This document shows, piece after piece, positions 1 through 7,500 of a stretch of DNA of 22,555 bases. Below the pieces are notes generated by a model, which was given only the letters and a program-made list of their open reading frames with translations, was not told where the DNA came from and ran no database searches. Origin of the DNA: Candidatus Xenobia bacterium (lineage in GTDB: Bacteria > Vulcanimicrobiota > Xenobia > Xenobiales > QWHO01); the NCBI GenBank assembly GCA_045863235.1, contig BTUM01000109.1:1-22555 (forward strand), written 5' to 3'. The translations under genes and the position numbers were made by a program. How positions within the stretch are numbered: the stretch's first letter is position 1; the number at the start of each line of letters is the position of its first letter.

Positions 1-73
1 ATTTTTTTTTTTTGTGTTGGGGCCAAAAACCCACAACCAAAAAACAACAAAAAAAAAAAAAAAAAAAAAAAAA
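1..73. other. Low-complexity poly-T/poly-A end, probable sequencing or assembly artefact
   Basis: T run at 2-13, A/C-rich stretch and a long A run at about 49-73 in an otherwise GC-rich window; loosely self-complementary (fold-back-like). Confidence 0.75.
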
Positions 74-205
74 CACGACTGCGACAACAAGAATTGTAGC
101 GATCACATTCCCAATTATCGGCAAGAACATGCAGACAATGACTATTGCACCAACAGAAAACGCCAGCCAAGCTTTAGCGTCACCGTGTGTCCTGTGTGTA
201 GTCAT
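74..205 (-). CDS. N-terminal part of a small hydrophobic membrane protein, running off into the low-complexity end
   Basis: My translation from ATG 205: MTTHRTHGDAKAWLAFSVGAIVIVCMFLPIIGNVIATILVVAVV... with two hydrophobic segments. The ATG overlaps the TGA (204-202) of the upstream ORF (ATGA coupling). Not in the ORF track because it lacks a stop. Confidence 0.5.
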
Positions 206-490
206 TCTTTCGGGCAATGCAGGAGGCCGCCCTCGTCAAGCTCGACTCTTACCCCAAGATAAAGTCGAGCGGCGTGAGTAATCAGAGCTTGCATGGCCCA
301 TTCCCACCTTTGCAAAGCGTAGGCGTCACGCCGCGCTCCGAGGGTTGCGCCTCTGAAGGTGAACCTGGTCGTCACGTCGCCAGAAACACGAGCCAGCATC
401 CGCCCCAACGAGATACTGGTAACTCACGTCCACGCCGCCCGGCCTCACCCGCGTCAGCCGCGTCAGCCGGTTGTCGTCATCCCACCTGTA
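202..490 (-). pseudogene. Frameshifted Rhs/YD-repeat fragment
   Basis: Minus strand reads YRWDDDNRLTRLTRVRPGGVDVSYQY (490-413), then after a shift at about 412 SLGRMLARVSGDVTTRFTFRG. Restoring 2 nt gives YQY-D-SLGR, a YD-repeat pattern. Contains a 9-bp tandem duplication (cgcgtcagc x2, 450-467). Confidence 0.6.
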
Positions 491-629
491 ATTGGGACGC
501 CATGGCATCGCGCATGCATCAAGCACTTCTGGGCACGCTGTCACAGGAATAGAGTTCAGCGGAGGATACAAAGACCCTGGTGGGTTGGCGATCCCTTCGT
601 TCGGGTGATAAACTGGCAGCAGGAGTCTG

Positions 630-956
630 GTGATTGAGGATACCAAGGTCCCGTTGCGGATGGACGCCGATGCCGGTCTGCGCGTGGGAAACACTCGCGT
701 GACGCTCGATTCGGTCATCGCCTCGTTCGAGCAGGGAGCCAGCCCTGAGGAGATTCTCGAACATTATCCGTTGCTTCGCATGGCCGACATCTACGCTGTC
801 ATCGCTTTCTATCTGACGCATCGCGAGCAGGTCGATGCGTATCTCGCCTCGCGTCGCGAAGAGGGCGAGAAGCTTCGTCGGGAACACGAGCTCAAGCAAG
901 ATCCCGGTCCATTCCGCGAGAGGCTGCTTGCGAGAAAACGCGCTTTAGAGCGGTAG
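630..956 (+). CDS. DUF433 domain protein (antitoxin-like HTH)
   Basis: RVGNTRVTLDSVIASFEQGASPEEILEHYPLLRMADIYAVIAFY matches the DUF433 pattern; AGGAG at 621-625 precedes GTG 630. Confidence 0.9.
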   Translation: MIEDTKVPLRMDADAGLRVGNTRVTLDSVIASFEQGASPEEILEHYPLLRMADIYAVIAFYLTHREQVDAYLASRREEGEKLRREHELKQDPGPFRERLLARKRALER

Positions 957-1166
957 GAACACGATCCGCCCTTCCATCTCCCCAGGTAAGCTGCACTCGA
1001 TTCCTCAAAACTTGTCAGACTGTGCGGGCGGGGCTGCGGGCATGTGGGGCGGACTCACGCACGAACGGTTCATCTCGGTAGAAACTGGCGGTGTTCCAAG
1101 TTCTTGTCCAGGTAGCCGTAAAGCACGGGAATGAAAGCTCACACTGGACGGGGCCAGGGATCACCG

Positions 1167-2324
1167 TCAGTCGTAGAGGCGGGTCTCCACCACGCGCTCG
1201 TCCACCAGGATCTTGCGCTTTGCGAGCTCGCGGAACATCTGCTCCGGCTCGAAGACGGCCTCGGGAGTGTTCACGCCTGGCTGGGAGACGCCTCGAGCAA
1301 GCAGCTGAGCCCCGATGGAAGCGGGAATGCCGGTCACTTTGGCGGTGCAGGTCATGTCCCACTCCGACCGGGGCGGGTGGGAGAGGTTGTAGGTGGCGAC
1401 CACCCGCGCTCCGTTACGGCTCCCCACCACCTCGACGTTGACAAGAAAGGCGTATTCGAGCGGATCGTTGGGGTCGTCGTGGTCGAGGTGGAGTTGGCGC
1501 AGGAGGGCCTTGGGCTTGACGGCCACCCCGTCCACCGTGACCGGCTCGATGCCGAGCAGGCCCACCTCGTTGTAGTGCTTCAAGATGGCCATGGTCTCGG
1601 GGCGCCAGGTGCCGCGCACGTCCACCCGCTTGACGCCGGGGAACGAGCGGGGGAAGGCGTGCACCTCCGAGTGGGGCACGATCCAGGTGCTGGTCTTGCC
1701 CACCGGGGCGTTGAACGCGACCTGCTTCTCGCCGTAGAAGGGCGGCACTTCCACGAACTTGCCGTCCTCGAAGAAGAAGCGCACGGTGGAGGGGCTGAAC
1801 TCGTCCAGCACCGTGTCCACCAGACCCGGGGAGGGCGCGATGCGGCGGTAGGTGGCGAAGTGGACGTGGATCGAGTCCACCGATTCCATGCGCGACACGC
1901 CTTGCTTGCCCATCAGGTTGGTCACGCCCGGGGTGGCCCCCATGCCCAGCACGATGGTGGCCCCGGCCGCCTTCGCCTGGTCGGACATGGCCAGTTGCTT
2001 GGGGGTGTTGTAGAGCCCGCCCAGGTCCAGCATCGGCTTCTTGGCGGCGATGGCGGCCCGGGTGATCTCCAGCCCGAAGCGATAGCTGGTGCAGTTGAGC
2101 ACGATGTCGACGTCCTCGAAGAGCTTGACCAGGGCGTTCTCGTCGCTGACGTCCACGCTGTGAGCGCTCAGCTTGCCGCCTCCGAGCTCCTGGCAAAGCT
2201 TGCTGGCCTTGTCTTTGTCGATGTCGGCCACCCGGATCTCACTGAAGTCGGACGTTCGGGCCAGGTCGCGGGTGGACTCGGTGCCCATGGCGCCGCAGCC
2301 GCCCAGTACGAGGATCTTGCTCAT
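1167..2324 (-). CDS. Saccharopine dehydrogenase family NAD(P)-dependent oxidoreductase (lysine 6-dehydrogenase / carboxynorspermidine dehydrogenase-like)
   Basis: N-terminal Rossmann motif KILVLGGCGAMG...VADID, VLNC, GMGATPGVTN, HSE and C-terminal TGIPASIGA/GVNTPE motifs; AGGAG upstream; strongly GC3-biased codons. Confidence 0.9.
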   Translation of the reverse strand: MSKILVLGGCGAMGTESTRDLARTSDFSEIRVADIDKDKASKLCQELGGGKLSAHSVDVSDENALVKLFEDVDIVLNCTSYRFGLEITRAAIAAKKPMLDLGGLYNTPKQLAMSDQAKAAGATIVLGMGATPGVTNLMGKQGVSRMESVDSIHVHFATYRRIAPSPGLVDTVLDEFSPSTVRFFFEDGKFVEVPPFYGEKQVAFNAPVGKTSTWIVPHSEVHAFPRSFPGVKRVDVRGTWRPETMAILKHYNEVGLLGIEPVTVDGVAVKPKALLRQLHLDHDDPNDPLEYAFLVNVEVVGSRNGARVVATYNLSHPPRSEWDMTCTAKVTGIPASIGAQLLARGVSQPGVNTPEAVFEPEQMFRELAKRKILVDERVVETRLYD

Positions 2325-2369
2325 CTCACACGTTCTCCTGTATGGATTCGGCGGGGGCGTTCCCGGCGG

Positions 2370-2804
2370 GCTGCTTGCTCCCCTGCAGAAGTCTCGGACC
2401 TGCTCGCTGCCGGTGCGAATCCCAACGCATTAGACGCCTTGGGAGCGACTCCCCTCCATCGAGCTGTCGATGCAGAAATCGACGCGTATAGCCAACTTGG
2501 GCAGACTGACGACCCGGCGGGGGGTCCACCTACAGGGAGAATTGTAAAGCTCCTTCTTGAGAGTGGGGCGGATCCAAGCCTTTGTGATTCCTTTGGACAC
2601 AATGCGCTAGATGATGCGGCGGACTGCGGTTGGCCGATGAAGACCCCGAAGTACGAAGCTGCCCATAGGATTATGCGGTCCTATGGGGCCCGGCACAGTC
2701 AGAAGTACATAGGGGAGGCCAAACAACTGGCTGATCACTGGCATGGCTCACTTCCATCGTGGCTAGCCCAGGACCTGGACCCCGGTGGAATGGCCTCCGC
2801 CTGA
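2370..2804 (+). pseudogene. Ankyrin-repeat protein, apparently 5'-truncated
   Basis: LLAAGANPNALDALGATPLHRAV and IVKLLLESGADPSLCDSFGHNALDDA ankyrin motifs in the 3' part of ORF 1131..2804. No in-frame ATG/GTG between 2325 and the first repeat, and the first TTG lies inside the repeat. Visibly lower GC than the flanks. 5' boundary approximate. Confidence 0.65.
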
Positions 2805-2884
2805 ACGCGCCAGCGGTGTCTCGCCTGGTGTTCCGTCAGCCCGTGCCCTAAAAGGGAGTCGGCCCTGACGACGAAGCAGAATCA

Positions 2885-4411
2885 ATGCTGGATGACCCTG
2901 TAAAGCTCTCCCCGGAGCTGGTCAGGACCCTGGACGACCCCGCTCATCGGGGCGAGGTTCGGCTCGGCAAGACGGGCCCGCAAGACCTGGGCCTGCGGCT
3001 GTATGCTCCGGACCTGGAAGGTCTGCGCGAGCTGGTCGGGCGACTGGCTCTGCCAGCGCGCCTGACGGAATTGGCCCAGGAGATCGAGGCTCGCTTCGAG
3101 CTGGTACCGGGCCACTGGGTCCGGCTTGGCACGGCAGCGGGAAGGCCGCACCGATTTGCCCTCAACTACGAGGTGCCGCCCTGGAACGTCTACCCGATTT
3201 CCACGCTCAGGGTGTTCTTGCGGCGCTATGGGGCCTCCCCGAGCGGGCTGGAGCGGGCTCTGGCTCCGGCCCTGGAGCTCGAAGACGCGCGCTGGGGAGT
3301 GACTCTGGAAGTGAAGGACGAGTTGCGCCCCCGGTTCTTTGGTCGATTCCCCCGCACCTTGCTCGAGCCGATCGCAGTAGCCCTGGTGGGGGCGGAGGCC
3401 CGGGCCACGATCGAGGAATGCTCTGGCAGGGGGGGCTCGTCGTGGTGCTATCTGAGCTTGGAGCCAGGCCGTCCCGGCTCGCTGGGGGTCGACCTGGAGA
3501 ATCTCCCCCTGGCAGAGCTGGGTCTACCCCTGGATACCTGGCCGGCCCTGCCAGAACCGCTCGTCTGCCCCTATGCCAAGTGCCGGGGAGCCGAGTGGTC
3601 GGCCTACCTGAGCTGGTTCGCCTTTTCAGCCTGGTGGCGCCCTCCCCGCAGCCTGGCCACCGAGTCCATGAAGGACTACCAGGGGAGGGTTCGGACCTAC
3701 TATGAAACCCAGCAGCCCGCCTACCTCGAGTCTCTTGGCACCACCTGGCAAGCCGGGCTGCTCAGCGACGAGGGCGCCCAGGCTTCGAACCTGGAGCTCG
3801 CGCAGCGAGCTCGCCTCGAACCAGGTTTGCGCATCCTGGACGCGGGTTGCGGAGTGGCGGGACCGGCTCTGGACATGGCCCGGGCCTTCCCGGGTCTCGA
3901 GGTCGAGGGGATCACCCTCTGCCCCTCCCAGGTCGAGGAGGCCCGCCGCCGTGTAGCCGACGCCGGTCTGGGCGGGCACGTGAGAGTGCAGCAGGCCGAC
4001 TTTCACGACCTGCCCTTCCCAGATGCGAGCTTCCACCGCGTCCTGTACCTCGAATCGAGCGGGTATGCCTACGACCGGGTGGCCATGTTCGGCGAAGCCC
4101 ATCGGGTGCTCGAGCCTGGCGGGCTGGTCTACCTCAAGGACGTCTTTCGCCTGGCCGGGCCCCTGAGCCCATCGCAGTGGAGGGAGCTGGCCAGCTTCGA
4201 CCACCTCTACGCCCAGCGCACCCCCACGCTGGAGGAGACCCTGGCCAGTCTCGAGCAGGCCGGGCTGCACCCCATCGAGGTGGCCCGCCTGGATGTCTCC
4301 ATGGATCACTACCACCGCGCTCTTCGATCCACCGCGTTTGGCCAGGCGCATCGACGCGTGTTCCGCGACCTCCCGCTCTACTTCGCCGAGGTTCTGGCCC
4401 GGCGCGAATGA
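2885..4411 (+). CDS. Class I SAM-dependent methyltransferase (C-terminal, sterol/tocopherol/RebM-like) fused to an uncharacterised ~260-aa N-terminal domain
   Basis: C-terminal half has VRTYYE, ILDAGCGVAGP (motif I), GITLCPSQV, ADFHDLPFPDASF, LESSGY and RVLEPGG; I do not recognise the N-terminal half by sequence. Confidence 0.85.
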   Translation: MLDDPVKLSPELVRTLDDPAHRGEVRLGKTGPQDLGLRLYAPDLEGLRELVGRLALPARLTELAQEIEARFELVPGHWVRLGTAAGRPHRFALNYEVPPWNVYPISTLRVFLRRYGASPSGLERALAPALELEDARWGVTLEVKDELRPRFFGRFPRTLLEPIAVALVGAEARATIEECSGRGGSSWCYLSLEPGRPGSLGVDLENLPLAELGLPLDTWPALPEPLVCPYAKCRGAEWSAYLSWFAFSAWWRPPRSLATESMKDYQGRVRTYYETQQPAYLESLGTTWQAGLLSDEGAQASNLELAQRARLEPGLRILDAGCGVAGPALDMARAFPGLEVEGITLCPSQVEEARRRVADAGLGGHVRVQQADFHDLPFPDASFHRVLYLESSGYAYDRVAMFGEAHRVLEPGGLVYLKDVFRLAGPLSPSQWRELASFDHLYAQRTPTLEETLASLEQAGLHPIEVARLDVSMDHYHRALRSTAFGQAHRRVFRDLPLYFAEVLARRE

Positions 4412-4568
4412 CCGCGACTCAAGCCTCTCGGCGGAGCAGGCCAACCTGAAGTCGAGCTGGAGCCCGGTGGAGTCACGGGCCGATAAGTGTCAGCCCAGAT
4501 TGATGGGAAGTCGCTCCGAGCATCACAGAGAGGGCGATCCCCGGCCAGGCTGGAAAGAGCCGGCGGGG

Positions 4569-7500
4569 ATGGCGATTTATGTAACCAAGAGGTGCATCTT
4601 CGAGGGGGACTGGTCACAGGTCTTTCTGGCCACCGATACCCGCCGCGGAAAGGACGTCGTGCTCAAGCAACTGCGAGAGCTCTATCCCGGCCCGGTGTCG
4701 ATGGCCCGCTTCGCTCGAGAGTTCGAGATCACCCGCGGCGCGGCCGGGCCCCAGGTGATCGAGGCCTACGAGATGCACGCCTACGAGGGTACTGTGGGGC
4801 TCATCCTGGAGGATTTCGGGGGCCGCTCGGTGGCCGACCTCACGCAACGGCAAGGGCCCTTCGATCCGATCGACGCCCTGCCCCTGGCCATCCAGGTGGC
4901 CGATGGCCTGGCCCACATCCACCGGCGTAACATTGTCCACCGGGACATCAACCCGGCCAACATCGTCTGGAACACCCAAACCGGGCAGGTCAAGCTGATC
5001 GATTTTGGCATCTCCCAGGTGCTCAGCCGGACCACAGCCTCGCATTGCCGGAGTCGGAGGTTCAGCGGAACCCCACCCTACATGTCGCCGGAGCAGACCG
5101 GCCGCATGAACCGTGACGTTGACTGTCGGAGCGATCTCTACTCCCTGGGCGTTACCCTCTACGAGCTGTTGACCGGCCGCCGGCCCTTCGAGTCTGAGGA
5201 TCCACTCGAGCTCGTGCATTCCCACATCGCCCGCTCGCCGGTGCCGCCCTGCGAGTACGGGGTCGACAAGCAGCTCTCCGATGTGATCATGATCCTCCTG
5301 GCCAAGAGAGCGGAAGACCGCTACAACGGAGCAACCGGTTTGCGCCACGATCTGGTCGCGTGCCTGGAGGCCCTGAAAGCCGGGAGGACAGCCAGCTTTC
5401 CTCTGCGGGGTCGCGACTCGGACGAGCGGCTACTCATTCCCCAGAAGCTCTACGGGCGCCAGGCGGAGCAAGCCAGACTCCTGGAGGCCTTCAATCGGAC
5501 CGCTGAGGGGCAGGTCGGGGTGCTGATGGTGGCGGGCTACTCCGGGGTGGGCAAGACCTCGTTGGTCCACGAGGTCCACGCCCCGCTGACAGCCCGCCGG
5601 GGGCTCTTCGTGGAGGGCAAGTTCGACCAGCTCAACCGGGGCACGCCCTACGACTCGCTGATTCAGGCCTTCAGGGGCCTGGTACGGGAGATCCTGACCG
5701 CCTCCGAAGGGGAGATCTCCGACTGGAGAGAGGCGATCCTGGCTGCGGTGGGACACCATGGGCGCATCCTGGTCGATGTCATCCCCGAAATCGAGCACAT
5801 CCTGGGCCCTCAGCCCGAGGCCGAAGTCCTGGGCCCGGCCGAGGCCCGCAACCGGTTCCAGCTGGTGATGGCTCGATTTCTCAAGGCGCTGGGCTCGGCT
5901 GAGCATCCCCTGGTGCTGTTTCTCGACGATCTGCAGTGGGCCGATCTGCCGACTCTGGAGCTGATTCGCCATCTGGCCACCGATCCGGACACCAGCCACG
6001 TCCTTTTTATCGGAGCATACCGGGACAACGAGGTCTCCCCGTCCCATCCCCTCATGACCACCCTGGCCGGCATGCACGACGACGGCGCCGAGATTGAGAC
6101 CATCGAGCTCGGACCGCTCGGCGAAGAGGATGTCCTGCAGCTCCTGGGGGATACCCTCCATCAGGCTCCCGGCCACCTGCGCCTGGCTATCGTGTGTCAC
6201 GCCAAGACCCGGGGCAACGCCTTCTTCCTCAATCGCTTCCTGGAGAGCCTGCACCATCGCCGTCTGCTCGGCTACGACGGCGCCAGGCAATGCTGGACCT
6301 GGGATCTGGAGGCAATCCAGGCCGAAGCGGTTACCGACAACGTGGTGGATTTCATGGCTGCCGCCATCTGCGAGCTGGAGCCCGAGGCTCGCCGCAGCCT
6401 GCAGGTTGCCGCCTGCATCGGCAACACCTTCGAGCTGAGCACCCTGGCCCGGACACTTCAGACCAGCCGCAAGGACTCCCTGGCTCGCCTTCGGCCGGCT
6501 CTGGAGGCGGCCCTGGTGCAGCCGGCCGACGAAAGCTTCTGGTATGTGGAAGAGTTCCAGGAAGAATCCACCGACTTTCATTATCGATTTGCCCACGATC
6601 GCATCCAGCAGGCAGCCTACGGAATGCTCGAGGAGGGGGAGGCGGCCAGCATTCACCTCGGCATCGGCCGCATCCTGGCCGACCGACTCGAGGAGCTCGA
6701 GCGAGGCCCGGAGCTGTTCGTCGTGGTGGAGCACCTCAACCGCGCAGCCGCTTTGATTCGGGATGCCGGCGAGCGGGAACGCCTGGCCCACCTCAACCTG
6801 AGGGCTGCCCGGAGGGCCAGTCTGTCGGCTGCGTTCGAGCCCGCCCACGAGTATTTTCTGCAGGCCCACCGCCTGCTCGGAGCCCAGGCCTGGACGACGG
6901 ATTACCCCGTGGCTCTGGCGGTGCACCTGGAGGGGGCCAGGGCAGCCTACCTGAGCGGCCATTACGACGTCATGGACGAGAGAATCGAGGCCGTGCTCGC
7001 TCGGGGGCGCGCCCTGCTCGACCGGGTGAGAGCCCGGGAGGTGCGCATCCAGGCTCTGGTGAGCCAGGAGAAGCTCACGCAGGCCGTGGCACTGGCTCTG
7101 GAGGTTCTCGAGGAGCTGGGGATCAGGCTCGAGCGCGACCCTCGCCCCGAAGACGTGCAGGCGGCCGTGAGCGCCACCCTGGCCTTGCTCGAGGGGAAGG
7201 ACGCCCAGACCATGCGCTCGCTGCCCGAGGCGAGCGACCCCGAGGTCATCGCGGCCCAGAGGATTCAAGCCGGCCTCATGTCTTCGGCCTACCTGGCGGT
7301 TCCCAATCTGCTGCCCCTGCTCTGCTGCAGCATGGTCGAGACCACCCTCGAGCGCGGGGTCTGCCAACCCGCCATCTATGGATTCTCCTGCCTGGGTCTG
7401 GTGCTGATTACGGCCAGGCAGGTCGACCGGGCCTACCAGATCGGCAAGATCGCCTGGGAGATGACCGACCGCTACGAAGACCGATCCATCAAGGTCAAGA

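Noticed and set aside
12..281. Lys-rich plus-strand ORFs 12..281 and 14..262
   Set aside because: They arise from the poly-A artefact; the minus strand gives the sensible membrane-protein reading
1131..2804. 557-aa ORF as a single ankyrin fusion protein
   Set aside because: The first ~400 codons are the antisense shadow of the saccharopine dehydrogenase gene; only the last ~145 codons look like protein
4293..4568. N-terminal extension of the kinase ORF from 4293
   Set aside because: It overlaps the methyltransferase 3' end and is not domain-like; kinase similarity begins near Met at 4569
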